Counted from the stretch's first letter, positions 45,607 to 55,627 are shown. The stretch: 64,000 nt of DNA from a bacterium (GCA_018662325.1 JABJGM010000002.1:8996-72995); one strand, 5' to 3'. Notes: generated from the letters alone by a model not told the origin. A program made the numbers and translations.

Positions 45607-46260
45607 TTAAATTAATTTGAGCCTTGAGTCCTCTAATAAGAATACTTGACCATTGAAATTATCTAAAAGATCTACATTATGGGTCACTATTATTACTGTG
45701 GTGTTATTTTTGTTAACTTTATATAGCAGTTCGATTACCTCTCTAGCATTTTTAAGATCTAGATTTCCAGTAGGTTCATCGCAAATTAAAATTGATGGAT
45801 TGTGTACTATTGCTCTAGCTAAGGCACATCTTTGCTTTTCACCACCAGAAAGCTCTCGCGGGTATGCGTTGATTTGGTGAGATAGACCAACTTTTTCTAA
45901 GGCTGTAAGTACAGCTTTTTCCATTTCTAACTTTGGGAAATTTATAACTTCAAGAGCAAATTTTACGTTTTCAAAAACATTTTTTTTGGGTAGTAGACGA
46001 AAATCTTGCCAGACCATACCAATGTTTTGACGGTATTTTTGGCGAGAATTTTTCTTGAGTGATGAAAGTTTAATTTCATTTACTAATATTTCTCCTTTAC
46101 TTGGTTTGTAAAGGCCCATTAATAAATTTAAGAGTGTAGATTTTCCGGCTCCAGATGGACCAATAATCGCATTCAAAGAAGATTTCTCGAAGGCTACATC
46201 TACGCTATCTAAAATTGTTTTTCCAGCTATTTCAAAGCTTAAATTTTGAATATCTATCAT
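45607..46260 (-). CDS. ftsE: FtsE-like ABC transporter ATP-binding protein
   Basis: Walker A GPSGAGKST, ...IGMVWQDFRLLPKKNVFENV..., signature LSGGEKQR and Walker B ILICDEPTGNLD. The 217-aa size and motifs are FtsE-like. Confidence 0.7.
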   Translation of the reverse strand: MIDIQNLSFEIAGKTILDSVDVAFEKSSLNAIIGPSGAGKSTLLNLLMGLYKPSKGEILVNEIKLSSLKKNSRQKYRQNIGMVWQDFRLLPKKNVFENVKFALEVINFPKLEMEKAVLTALEKVGLSHQINAYPRELSGGEKQRCALARAIVHNPSILICDEPTGNLDLKNAREVIELLYKVNKNNTTVIIVTHNVDLLDNFNGQVFLLEDSRLKLI

Positions 46261-46310
46261 TGATAAAGTAAAGATAATGTCTATAATAAGGATAATTTAA
46301 TTTTTAAAAT

Positions 46311-47531
46311 ATGCCAAATAAAACACCTTTTCAGGTTGACTCAAAAGTATTAAAGAAATATGCAGATGTTTTTATTAAATTTGCCTTAAATCAAGGTAAA
46401 GGTATTAAAGCAGGTGAAACTGTAACCTTACAAGTGCCGGAAAGTGCTCGTCCTATGCTAGAACCCCTACAAAGATCCGTGCTTGAAGCAGGTGGATATC
46501 CTATTTGTAGATTGATTCCGGAGGGTCTTTCAAAAAGTTTTTTTGAATTAGCTTCCGATGATCAAATTGAATACAACCCAAAGAAGATGTTAATGGCTAA
46601 AGTGGAAGAAGTTGACCATTTTGTTTCTATTATTTCTGATTTTGACCCTTTGGAGCTTGCTGGAGTTGATTCAAAGAAGATTATGCAAAGATCAAAAGCT
46701 GGAAAATTTTATAAAGAAGCTTTGTTTAAAAAATGGGATTCAGGAAAAGGTTCATGGACTCTTGGAATGTATGCAACTCAAGCTATGGCTGATCAAGCTG
46801 GACTTTCAGTGGAAGAATATTGGGATCAAATTGCAAAAGCTTGTTTTTTATATGAAGAAGATCCTATAGCTAAATGGAAAGAAGTTTATGTTGAAATTGA
46901 CAAAATTTTAGATTACTTGAATTCACTTGATATGAGATGGGTAAATATTAAAGGCGAGGATTGTGATTTAAATATTTACATTGGTGAAAATAGAAAATGG
47001 CTTGGAGGATCTGGTCATAACATTCCATCTTTTGAGTGTTTTATATCACCAGATTGGAGAAAAACAAATGGTTGGATTAAGTTTGATCAGCCTTTACTTA
47101 GATATGGATCAAGAATTGAAGGAATCGAGCTTGAGTTTAAAGACGGTCTTGTTGTGAATTCAAAAGCTTCGATGAATGAGGATTTATTAAAAGATATGTT
47201 AGCTCAAAAAAATGCTGATAAGGTTGGGGAATTTTCTTTAACAGATAAAAAACTTTCTAGAATTACTAAATTTATGGCGCAAACCTTATTTGACGAAAAC
47301 GTTGGTGGTCCTTTTGGAAATACGCATATCGCAGTTGGTTCGGCTTATAAAGATTCTATTAAAGGAGATCCTAAAGATTATACTCAAGAGGAATTTGATA
47401 ATTTAGGTTTTAATGAATCAATGATTCATACAGATATTGTTTCTACCAAAGATAGAGTTGCTACTGCAACCCTAGCAGATGGTAGAGAAATTGTAATTTA
47501 TAAAGATGGTGAATTTACTTTTGCAAAGTAA
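46311..47531 (+). CDS. M29-family aminopeptidase (AmpS/PepS-like)
   Basis: ...LKKYADVFIKFALNQGKGIKAGETVTLQVPESARPMLEPLQRSVLEAGGYP... and the C-terminal ...GNTHIAVGSAY... resemble thermophilic metalloprotease M29 members. Confidence 0.65.
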   Translation: MPNKTPFQVDSKVLKKYADVFIKFALNQGKGIKAGETVTLQVPESARPMLEPLQRSVLEAGGYPICRLIPEGLSKSFFELASDDQIEYNPKKMLMAKVEEVDHFVSIISDFDPLELAGVDSKKIMQRSKAGKFYKEALFKKWDSGKGSWTLGMYATQAMADQAGLSVEEYWDQIAKACFLYEEDPIAKWKEVYVEIDKILDYLNSLDMRWVNIKGEDCDLNIYIGENRKWLGGSGHNIPSFECFISPDWRKTNGWIKFDQPLLRYGSRIEGIELEFKDGLVVNSKASMNEDLLKDMLAQKNADKVGEFSLTDKKLSRITKFMAQTLFDENVGGPFGNTHIAVGSAYKDSIKGDPKDYTQEEFDNLGFNESMIHTDIVSTKDRVATATLADGREIVIYKDGEFTFAK

Positions 47532-48894
47532 ATTTTGATACTACCTCTAAATGTCGGGTGTGTGGAAATTGATCAACAGGGGTTACACTTTCTAAAGTGT
47601 AGCCTTTTTCTTTAAGTGCAATTGCATTTTGAGCAAAAGTTTTAATATTGCAGCTAACATAAATTAAGCTTTTTGGCTGTAAATCTGATATTAAATACAA
47701 AGCCTTGTCTGTAAGACCACTTCGAGGAGGATCTACAACTACCAAATCAGGATTTGGGAGCTTGGTTTTCTTTAAAACTTTATATACATCCCCTTCTAGG
47801 AATTGAATGTTTTCAATTTGATTTAAACCTGCATTATTTATAGCAGCTTGAATTGATTGAGGTTCAATTTCTACTCCGTAAACTCTTTGAGCTTTTTTAG
47901 CTAAGACTATTCCAATTGTTCCTGTTCCACAAAATAAATCGTAAATTATACTTGAACCTTTAGCATAGTCTTGAACTAATCCATAAATAACTTCTGCTTG
48001 AGTTGGATTTGGCTGGAAAAAAGCTTGCGGAAGAATTTCAAATGTAAAGTCTTTGTCTTTAATATTTAATTTTTCTGTTAAAAACTCTTTTCCTGAAATG
48101 TGGTGGAGTTTAATGTGAGTTTTATGTCCTTTTCTTTGGAAAGTTGTGTGTAAGTAAATAGATGTAAGCTCTGGAAACTTCTGGCTTACTTGTTGAAAAT
48201 AATCTTGGTATAGATCTAAATTTTCTGGTCTTTGAACTTCTAAGATTAACATTTTGTCTTCGGTGTTTTTGGCAGTTCGAATTGTAAGATTTCTAAGGTC
48301 TCCAGTTCCGTCTCTATAATCATGAGGTTTTAGATCTGATTTTTTAAAGTACTCGAGAGTGAAATCTACAAGAGGACTACAGATTGGATCACAAAGTTTG
48401 CAATCTTCAGCTGGAACAATTTTAAATTTATATTTAAAATGGTGCATCCCAAGACAAAATTCAAAAACATCTGGTGTTACTCCAAATGAGTATTGCATTT
48501 TGTTTCTATAGAAATAAGGATTTTCCATTCCTATAATAGGATTAATTTGAGGGTCTAAATCTAAATTTTTTAAAATTCTTTGAACTTCGTTTTGTTTATA
48601 AAAAAGTTGTTTTTCATAACTTAAACATTCAAGAGGCGTGGATCCTGAAATTAAAGCATATGAATTTTGTGGTTCTACCCTATCTTTTGAAGGTTCAATA
48701 ATTTCAAGAAGTTGAGCTTCTAAAAAATTCTTTTTAATTTTTCTTAGAGAAACTAAAACTTTATCACCAGGATAACTTCGATTGACTGCAATGTTGTATT
48801 TTTGTCCGTCTAATTCAAGAAATCCAATTCCTTGACCTTTAATATTTAAGCTTTCTATATTGACTTCAAGCTCTTGGCCTTTTTTTAAATCCAT
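47515..48894 (-). CDS. TRAM-domain RNA (uracil-5-)-methyltransferase (TrmA/RlmD family)
   Basis: TRAM-like N-terminus ...ELEVNIESLNIKGQGIGF..., SAM motif DLFCGTGTIG, ...VVDPPRSG..., and catalytic ...YVSCN... I prefer the ATG at 48894 (MDLKKGQ), which avoids overlap with rlmH. Confidence 0.8.
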   Translation of the reverse strand: MDLKKGQELEVNIESLNIKGQGIGFLELDGQKYNIAVNRSYPGDKVLVSLRKIKKNFLEAQLLEIIEPSKDRVEPQNSYALISGSTPLECLSYEKQLFYKQNEVQRILKNLDLDPQINPIIGMENPYFYRNKMQYSFGVTPDVFEFCLGMHHFKYKFKIVPAEDCKLCDPICSPLVDFTLEYFKKSDLKPHDYRDGTGDLRNLTIRTAKNTEDKMLILEVQRPENLDLYQDYFQQVSQKFPELTSIYLHTTFQRKGHKTHIKLHHISGKEFLTEKLNIKDKDFTFEILPQAFFQPNPTQAEVIYGLVQDYAKGSSIIYDLFCGTGTIGIVLAKKAQRVYGVEIEPQSIQAAINNAGLNQIENIQFLEGDVYKVLKKTKLPNPDLVVVDPPRSGLTDKALYLISDLQPKSLIYVSCNIKTFAQNAIALKEKGYTLESVTPVDQFPHTRHLEVVSKFTLQK

Positions 48895-48924
48895 GTTAAG
48901 TTTTAGTAAATTAATTAAAAGAAT

Positions 48925-49380
48925 TTGTATATTAGAATATACCTCTTTGGAAAACAAAATAAATCTTCTTTAAAAGATTTGCAAGAGAAATACTTGATTT
49001 TACTTTCAAAATGGAATGTTTCAATTGTTTTTTTAAAAGAATCTAAAGTAGGAGAAGTTAAAGATAAGCAAAAGGCAGACTTTGAAACCCTAGTTAAAAA
49101 TCTTGATTCCAACTATGTTCCAGTTTTACTAGACGAAAGAGGAAAATTTCCAACAAGTGTTGAATTTAGCCAGTTTTTAGATGAAAAAGCGGTTAATTCT
49201 CAAAAAGTAGCTTTTTGTTTAGGTGGTCCTTTTGGTTTTAGAGAAGAAGATAAAGATTTTTTTAAGTATAAAATTGGACTTTCTAAAATGACTCTTACTC
49301 ATGAAATGGCAGAGATTATCTTGTTAGAGCAACTCTATAGAAGTTTTACAATTTTAAATAACAAGAAGTATCACTATTAA
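48925..49380 (+). CDS. rlmH: 23S rRNA (pseudouridine1915-N3)-methyltransferase RlmH (SPOUT)
   Basis: ...VLLDERGKFPTSVEFSQFL..., ...FCLGGPFGF..., ...LSKMTLTHEMAEIILLEQLYRSFTILNNKKYH... The tracked start is a TTG. Confidence 0.85.
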   Translation: MYIRIYLFGKQNKSSLKDLQEKYLILLSKWNVSIVFLKESKVGEVKDKQKADFETLVKNLDSNYVPVLLDERGKFPTSVEFSQFLDEKAVNSQKVAFCLGGPFGFREEDKDFFKYKIGLSKMTLTHEMAEIILLEQLYRSFTILNNKKYHY

Positions 49381-50687
49381 CTTTTAAGATCTTCTACGTA
49401 TTGAATAGCTTGCTTTTTGGTCGTGATTTTATCTTCCAATTGAAGGTCTTTTATTTCTTCAATGATTTGAGCGACTTTGGGTCCTGGCTTTAAACTTAGG
49501 ATTTGCATGATTTGATCACCAGAAATTAGCTTTGGGTACTCGGCTGGTAAGTCTTTTATGGTTTCATGATAAAGTTTTAAAACTTTTAAATACATACTTA
49601 AATCGCTAGGATTTGTACCTAAAATGTCATATTTATTTAACTCTAATAGATCTAAATACCAAATATGGCGAAACCATTTGATTTGAGTTTTTTTAGGCAT
49701 ATCAAAGATTTGATAAATGCTCATGTGTTTTTCAACTAAAAAAGAAACATGTTTAATAAATTGATTAGAAAATTTATATTTTTTTAATACTTTTTCGGCA
49801 ATTTCACTTGAAAGCTTGGCATGCCCATTAAATTTTATTCTATTTTCGTGATCGGTGTAGGTTTGCGGTTTTCCAATATCGTGCATTAAGACTGCCCAAT
49901 ACATACTTAGATTCAAGCCTTCTGGCATTGATTCAAGAGCTTGCAAAAGATGACTGTAAACATCCCCTTCCTTATGAAAATCACTTGGTTGGGCTACACC
50001 CATACACTCTTTTAATTCTGGTAATATATAATCTAAAAGACCTAAATCTTCTAAGTCGTCTAGAGCTTTTGCTCGGTTTTTATCTTGTAAGATTTTATTT
50101 AATTCAGCTTGGATTCTTTCCTTAGATACATTTTGAATTAAATTGGCATGCTTTTTAATAGCCTTGTAGGTTGCTGGACAATATTGAAAATCTAGAGTGT
50201 TTTTAAATCTTACAGCTCGAAGAATCCTTAAATTATCCTCTTGGATTCTTTGATTTGGTTCTCCAATAAAACGTACTAGTTTTAATTCTAAATCTTTTTG
50301 TCCGTTAACGTGATCTATAATTTGGTCGGTACCTGGATCGTAAAACATACCGTTGATTGTAAAATCACGTCTGTGTGCGTCTTCATAGTCATCGGTGAAT
50401 TCTACGCTGGAAGGTCTTCTTCCGTCCTTATAGTCGGATTCTTTTCTAAAAGTTGCTATTTCAAAATGATGCCCATCAAAATCTACCATTATAATTCCAA
50501 ATTGTTTGCCAATTGGGATGGTTTTATCGAAAATGCCTTCAACTTGTTCAGGTTTTGCATCTGTAACTATGTCATAATCTTTGGGTTTTATTCCAAGTAG
50601 AATATCACGAACACATCCACCTGCCCAAAGAGCGTTGAAACCTTGAGATTTTAAAGTCTTAATAATTTGAATTGAACTAACTTTCAT
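49377..50687 (-). CDS. cca: CCA-adding enzyme / tRNA nucleotidyltransferase with an HD domain
   Basis: ...ALWAGGCVRDILLGIKPKDYDIVTDA... is the Pol-beta nucleotidyltransferase head. ...RRDFTINGMFYD... is also present. HD-domain motif: ...LMHDIGKP... Confidence 0.85.
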   Translation of the reverse strand: MKVSSIQIIKTLKSQGFNALWAGGCVRDILLGIKPKDYDIVTDAKPEQVEGIFDKTIPIGKQFGIIMVDFDGHHFEIATFRKESDYKDGRRPSSVEFTDDYEDAHRRDFTINGMFYDPGTDQIIDHVNGQKDLELKLVRFIGEPNQRIQEDNLRILRAVRFKNTLDFQYCPATYKAIKKHANLIQNVSKERIQAELNKILQDKNRAKALDDLEDLGLLDYILPELKECMGVAQPSDFHKEGDVYSHLLQALESMPEGLNLSMYWAVLMHDIGKPQTYTDHENRIKFNGHAKLSSEIAEKVLKKYKFSNQFIKHVSFLVEKHMSIYQIFDMPKKTQIKWFRHIWYLDLLELNKYDILGTNPSDLSMYLKVLKLYHETIKDLPAEYPKLISGDQIMQILSLKPGPKVAQIIEEIKDLQLEDKITTKKQAIQYVEDLKS

Positions 50688-50742
50688 AAGCTTGAATATT
50701 TACCTTAATTATAGCATAATGCAGCTGATATTAATAGATTAA

Positions 50743-51738
50743 ATGTTAGTCCTTGGAATAGAATCGTCCTGTGATGAAACCGCAATTGCAATTGTAAATC
50801 AAAAGTTTGAAGTTTTAAGCAATGTAATTGCATCACAAATTTTAGATCATCAAAAAACTATGGGAGTAGTTCCTGAAACTGCAGCTAGACTTCATGTTTC
50901 AAAATTTGATCCTGTTTTAAAAAAAGCATTGAATGAAGCTGGAGTAACAATGAAAGATATTGATTTAATAACTGTTTCAAATCGACCTGGCTTGATTGGA
51001 TGCTTGGTTACGGGTTGTACTTTTGCTTCGACTTTGGGATTAATTCACAATATTCCAGTTGTGGGTGTTAATCATAAACTTGGACATGTTTATAGTTGTT
51101 TGCTGGATTTGAAAGAAGAAATTGAATTTCCGGTTGTAGTTTTAAGCGTTAGCGGAGGTCATAATGAGCTTTATTTAATTAACAGCTTGAACGAATATAA
51201 AGAATTAGGGAAGACCTTAGATGATGCAGCTGGAGAATGCTATGACAAAGTTGCTAAAATGCTTGGTTTAAAGTATCCGGGAGGACCAGAAATTTCAAGG
51301 TTAGCAGAATTTGGAGATTCTAAATCTATAAAATTTCCTGATCCCCTACCTCATCAAAAAATGAACTTTAGTTTTTCCGGTTTAAAGACCAACGTTAAAA
51401 ATAAAATTCAAGAATTTGCTGAAAATGGAAATTTAGAATCAAACAAGGCCAACATAGCAAGTAGTTTTCAATATGCAATCAATCATAATTTAAGTAAAAA
51501 ATTATTGTATGCAGCTACGCAATTTAACTCGAATGAGGTGCACTTGGTGGGTGGAGTTTCTGCAAATAAAAATTTGAGGTCGATGATTTTAGAAAAAATT
51601 CAAAAGAAAAATTTGAAAATAAAATTTAGACACCCTTTGAATTTTAATTTTTGCACTGATAATGCTGCCATGATTGCTCTATTAGGGCACTTAAAATTGG
51701 ATAATCAAAAGGCACAAAGTGTGATTATACCACAATAA
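50743..51738 (+). CDS. tsaD: tRNA N6-adenosine threonylcarbamoyltransferase TsaD
   Basis: MLVLGIESSCDETAIAIV..., ...VNHKLGHVY..., ...SGGHNELY..., ...GVSANKNLR... Kae1/TsaD motifs are present. Confidence 0.9.
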   Translation: MLVLGIESSCDETAIAIVNQKFEVLSNVIASQILDHQKTMGVVPETAARLHVSKFDPVLKKALNEAGVTMKDIDLITVSNRPGLIGCLVTGCTFASTLGLIHNIPVVGVNHKLGHVYSCLLDLKEEIEFPVVVLSVSGGHNELYLINSLNEYKELGKTLDDAAGECYDKVAKMLGLKYPGGPEISRLAEFGDSKSIKFPDPLPHQKMNFSFSGLKTNVKNKIQEFAENGNLESNKANIASSFQYAINHNLSKKLLYAATQFNSNEVHLVGGVSANKNLRSMILEKIQKKNLKIKFRHPLNFNFCTDNAAMIALLGHLKLDNQKAQSVIIPQ

Positions 51739-51800
51739 TCCTGGGGTTTGCAAAAATATTTATTTAGGATATAATATAAACACTTAATTTAAATAATTAC

Positions 51801-53123
51801 ATGACAGAAGTTAAAGTTAGTTCAGCAACTGGAATGCATGATATTCTTCCAAAGAACCATGACTTTTTTAATATGCTAAAAAAAGTTATTCGACACAGAT
51901 GTAGACAAGCAGGTTTTAGAAGGATCACTACACCTATTTTTGAAAAAATGGACACGATCAAAAAGTCATTTCCTGAAACAGCAGATTTAGTAGAGAGGCA
52001 TCTATATGTTTTAAGAGATCCTAACGGAGAAGATTTAGTCGTTAGACCTTCAAATACAATTGGTATTGCAAGAGCTTATTGCGAGCACAACTTTGCCGAC
52101 TACCCTCAACCAATTGCCCTGTACTATGTTGAGCAACAAGCAAGATTTACAGATAAGCCAGGTTACTATAGATTTTTCAACCAGTTTGGAACTGAAGTTT
52201 TAGGGCATAATGATCCGGCTCTTGATGCTCAGGTTGTTTATTTAGCTTATAAGATTTTTTCTGATTTGAAAATTATGGATAGACTTGAAATCCAAATCAA
52301 TTCATTTGGATCAAGAGACGTTAAAGAGAATTATCTTGAAGAACTAAGAAGCTTTTTTGATTCAAAAAGAAGATCGATTCCATCTGAATACGAACACTTT
52401 ATCGAACGAGATCCAATTCAATTGTTTTTGATTGATAATGAAGACCTGGAAATTCTTTGCCAGATGGCTCCAAAAATTGAAGATTACTGGGATGACGAAT
52501 CAAGGAAGTACTTTGAGCTTTTCAAGGAATATTTAGATGAATTAAAAATTCCTTATGTTGTTAATACTAACTTCTTCAGAAAGCAGTCTTACTATAGCGG
52601 GGTTATTTTTGAATTCTGGGAAAAGAACAGAGGTAGAAAGAAAGCTGTTGGTGGAGGAGGAAGATATGATAACTTAATTGAAAGACTAGGTGGAGAACCT
52701 CAAGCTGCATGTAATTTTATTGGTGGTATTGAAAGAATTATCGCCCAAATGAAAATATCAAAAGTAACAGTTCCTTCTAAAGATGATCTTCATGTTTTCG
52801 TTGCTCAGCTCGGCGTTGAAGCGAAGAAAAAATGTCTTTCTTTACTAGGAAAACTACACGATGAAGGTATAAAAGCGATTGGAGCGATTGGTAAATCATC
52901 AATGAAAGAACAAATTGCAATGTCAGAAAGTTTTAAAGTTCCGTATATGATACTTATGGGTTTAACTGAAGTAAGGGAAGGCAAAGCAATTATTCGAGAA
53001 ATGTCAAAAGGTACTCAAAAATCAATTGAAATTGATAAAGTGCCAAAAGAAATGATAAAATTGTTAGGTAAAGAGAATCTGGATAAATATTCTCCAGCTG
53101 ATGGGATCAATATTGATAAATAG
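51801..53123 (+). CDS. hisS: Histidine--tRNA ligase
   Basis: ...GMHDILPKNHDFF..., ...FRRITTPIFE..., ...YYVEQQARFTDKPGYYRFFNQFGTEVLG..., ...GGGGRYDNL... Class IIa HisRS motifs are present. Confidence 0.9.
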   Translation: MTEVKVSSATGMHDILPKNHDFFNMLKKVIRHRCRQAGFRRITTPIFEKMDTIKKSFPETADLVERHLYVLRDPNGEDLVVRPSNTIGIARAYCEHNFADYPQPIALYYVEQQARFTDKPGYYRFFNQFGTEVLGHNDPALDAQVVYLAYKIFSDLKIMDRLEIQINSFGSRDVKENYLEELRSFFDSKRRSIPSEYEHFIERDPIQLFLIDNEDLEILCQMAPKIEDYWDDESRKYFELFKEYLDELKIPYVVNTNFFRKQSYYSGVIFEFWEKNRGRKKAVGGGGRYDNLIERLGGEPQAACNFIGGIERIIAQMKISKVTVPSKDDLHVFVAQLGVEAKKKCLSLLGKLHDEGIKAIGAIGKSSMKEQIAMSESFKVPYMILMGLTEVREGKAIIREMSKGTQKSIEIDKVPKEMIKLLGKENLDKYSPADGINIDK

Positions 53124-53131
53124 ACCTACCA

Positions 53132-54307
53132 ATGAATTATTCCAACCTTAATAAGACTGAGCTTAGAAAAGAGCTCAAGAAGCTAGATATTAACTATACC
53201 GAAAATCAAAACAAGGAAGAGTTAATAAGGCTTTTAACTCTAGCTAAATCCTCAGTTAAAAAAGTTAAAAAACCTACTAAAATTAAAAACACAAAAAAAT
53301 ATACTATTATATTTTTTGCTTTAGTTTTAGTAGTTTTAATGTTTTTTGATTATTCTGTAAAGAAGAATCGAGAAATGATGGAAAGTCAAAAACAAGCAGA
53401 TAATGCTCCGGTGATTTTCGAGAAAAACAATCAAACTCACGTTGTTTACAATCATCCCTTAGTAAAACTTAAAGTTTTAACCGACAAGAATTGTAAAAGG
53501 ATAGAATGTGATGTAGATAGTCAGTTAACAAAAATTAAAAATAGTATTACTCCTTTGTTTAAATCAGAAGTAATTGACTACAATTCAGGAGAGGGAAAAG
53601 CTTTAGCTCAAGATAATAACATTAATTTACTTCCGGCTTTTGTTTTCGATCAAAACGTAACTATGTTGTATGATTTTGAAGATAAAAAAGATTATTTTAT
53701 AAAAACTAATGATAACTTCTTAGTTTACTTAACTCCCTTTAAATCACTAAAGAGTCCTGATCTAAGTAATGCACAAATTATTTCAGAAAATAAAAATTTA
53801 GATGCTCCATTAAGGATTACTGTATTTTTCTCACCTAGTTCACCTCAATCAAAAGATGCTTTCGAATTGATAGAAGATTTAAGAGAGAAATATAAAAATT
53901 CTGCAAATATTTCACTGAAGCATTTTAAAACTCATAATTCAGATTTTCTAGCAAGTATCGCTCTTGAGTGTTACGCAAAAGAAGGTAAATTTTTAGAAGG
54001 TCTAAATAAAATTTTTGATAGACAAGAAGTTTTGATGATAGATAGAGACGTTAATGCTAAAAACTTAGTGAATTCAATTAGCTCTTCCTTGCGAATTAAA
54101 GGTTCAGATTTCAGAAAGTGTTTTGATGATGAAACTGTAAAAGAAACTGTCATGGCATCCTATAAAGAAGCTGAGCTACTTGGAGTTTTTGGAGTTCCTA
54201 CTTTTTTCGTTAATAACAATTTAATTTTAGGTAGTTATACCTTTGAAGAATTTGCAGATATAATTTCACAAATTATTGAAGATGAAAAAATCGAATTAAC
54301 TGAGTAA
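53132..54307 (+). CDS. Membrane-anchored DsbA/thioredoxin-fold protein with SxxS in place of CxxC and an N-terminal HeH (Rho_N/SAP-like) motif
   Basis: LNKTELRKELKKLDINYTENQNKEELIRLL, then TM helix YTIIFFALVLVVLMFF. The DsbA-like core is ...DAPLRITVFFSPSSPQSKDAF...ALECYAKEGKFLEG...GVFGVPTFFVNN... Confidence 0.65.
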   Translation: MNYSNLNKTELRKELKKLDINYTENQNKEELIRLLTLAKSSVKKVKKPTKIKNTKKYTIIFFALVLVVLMFFDYSVKKNREMMESQKQADNAPVIFEKNNQTHVVYNHPLVKLKVLTDKNCKRIECDVDSQLTKIKNSITPLFKSEVIDYNSGEGKALAQDNNINLLPAFVFDQNVTMLYDFEDKKDYFIKTNDNFLVYLTPFKSLKSPDLSNAQIISENKNLDAPLRITVFFSPSSPQSKDAFELIEDLREKYKNSANISLKHFKTHNSDFLASIALECYAKEGKFLEGLNKIFDRQEVLMIDRDVNAKNLVNSISSSLRIKGSDFRKCFDDETVKETVMASYKEAELLGVFGVPTFFVNNNLILGSYTFEEFADIISQIIEDEKIELTE

Positions 54308-54309
54308 CT

Positions 54310-55485
54310 ATGAAAAAAATTACCTTAGGATTAATTCTTACTTTTGCTATTTCATCTCTGGCTTTTGCTAATTTTACGGACGTATCAGAGCATATTTTCA
54401 AAGATGAGATCCAAAAAGCATTTACATCTAATATGGTTACCGGTTATACCGATGGATCTTTTAGACCTGACCAACCTATTACAAGAGCGGAGGCTTTAAA
54501 GATTTTACTTAGTGCTCAAATTCCTGAAACTTATTCTACGAACTCTTTGTATTTCAGCGATTATGATCAATCTGATTGGTTTTTTAAGTATGTAAATTTT
54601 GCAAAAGAAAACATGATCATCAGTGGCTACGCAGATGGTACTTTTAAAGCAAATAAAAACATTAGTATTGCTGAGAGCTTAAAGATATTATTTGAAACTC
54701 GAGAAATAGCATTTCCAAGCCTAGAAAGTTTAGAATGGTACGAAAATATAAATAGTAAAGCTCTTGAACTAAAACTTTATGAAAAGTCTCCAAATAACTT
54801 TTTAAACGTAAATGACTATATAACTAGATCAGAACTAGTTTACTTAATAGCAAAACTAGACGAACAAAATCTTTCCTTAAACTACAATTGGAATTATCAA
54901 AATAAAGATTTTTCTTTAAAAACTTTAAAATCAGATAAATATTTTAATTTAGATAATTCAGGTCTTTTAGTTATGTTTGAAGATGGTTATTTAAGTTTTG
55001 AAATATTTAAAAACACTTACGATAGATTTGAAGATAGTCTAGTTGCATTTCAACCTCTTGAAAAAACACAAATTGTAAATTCAATATTTTTCGAAAAACA
55101 AAGTCTTGCATATGCTAGCTCAGGAAAATACTTTGAACAAACCTTGGATAATGAGAAAAACTTAATCTACAGAATATCCATTGAAAAAGATTCTAATATT
55201 CAAGGGATTTTAAATAATTTTTCTTTTGAGACAGAAAAACTATCTAGATTTGAAAAGTTTGATAACTTAAAGCAAAGTATAATTGATGCTGTTTTAAGTG
55301 AAGGCTCTTCAAGTGGAATTTTAGAGAAAATTCAAAATAAAAAAGTCTTATACACTGATGTAATTGGAATTGGTTTAGGGCCAATTGATTATATTTATTT
55401 AATTGATATAAATTTAACTGTTAAAAATGAAAGAAACAGCTCAACAATTTTACAAATCAAAGACGGTGAAAATAGTGACTTTTAG
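54310..55485 (+). CDS. Secreted SLH-domain cell-wall-associated protein
   Basis: Signal peptide MKKITLGLILTFAISSLAFA. There are two SLH-like units: FTDVSEHIFKDEIQKAFTSNMVTGYTDGSFRPDQPITRAEALKILL and FSDYDQSDWFFKYVNFAKENMIISGYADGTFKANKNISIAESLKILF. Confidence 0.7.
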   Translation: MKKITLGLILTFAISSLAFANFTDVSEHIFKDEIQKAFTSNMVTGYTDGSFRPDQPITRAEALKILLSAQIPETYSTNSLYFSDYDQSDWFFKYVNFAKENMIISGYADGTFKANKNISIAESLKILFETREIAFPSLESLEWYENINSKALELKLYEKSPNNFLNVNDYITRSELVYLIAKLDEQNLSLNYNWNYQNKDFSLKTLKSDKYFNLDNSGLLVMFEDGYLSFEIFKNTYDRFEDSLVAFQPLEKTQIVNSIFFEKQSLAYASSGKYFEQTLDNEKNLIYRISIEKDSNIQGILNNFSFETEKLSRFEKFDNLKQSIIDAVLSEGSSSGILEKIQNKKVLYTDVIGIGLGPIDYIYLIDINLTVKNERNSSTILQIKDGENSDF

Positions 55486-55627
55486 TTTAATTTGTATATT
55501 TCTGACTGCATGCAGCGGACAAAAACTTGAAAAAAACGAAATAAATGTTGAAATTAATGGACCTTCAAAGTATCCTACGGATATTAGAGAAAATATTAAA
55601 AAAACATTAAATGAACAATCAAAATAA
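55466..55627 (+). CDS. Possible small lipoprotein (about 53 aa)
   Basis: From an in-frame GTG it reads (M)KIVTFSLICIFLTAC/SGQK..., a lipobox-like LTAC. It overlaps the ends of both neighbouring genes. The tracked ORF starts earlier, at 55427. Confidence 0.3.
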   Translation: MKIVTFSLICIFLTACSGQKLEKNEINVEINGPSKYPTDIRENIKKTLNEQSK

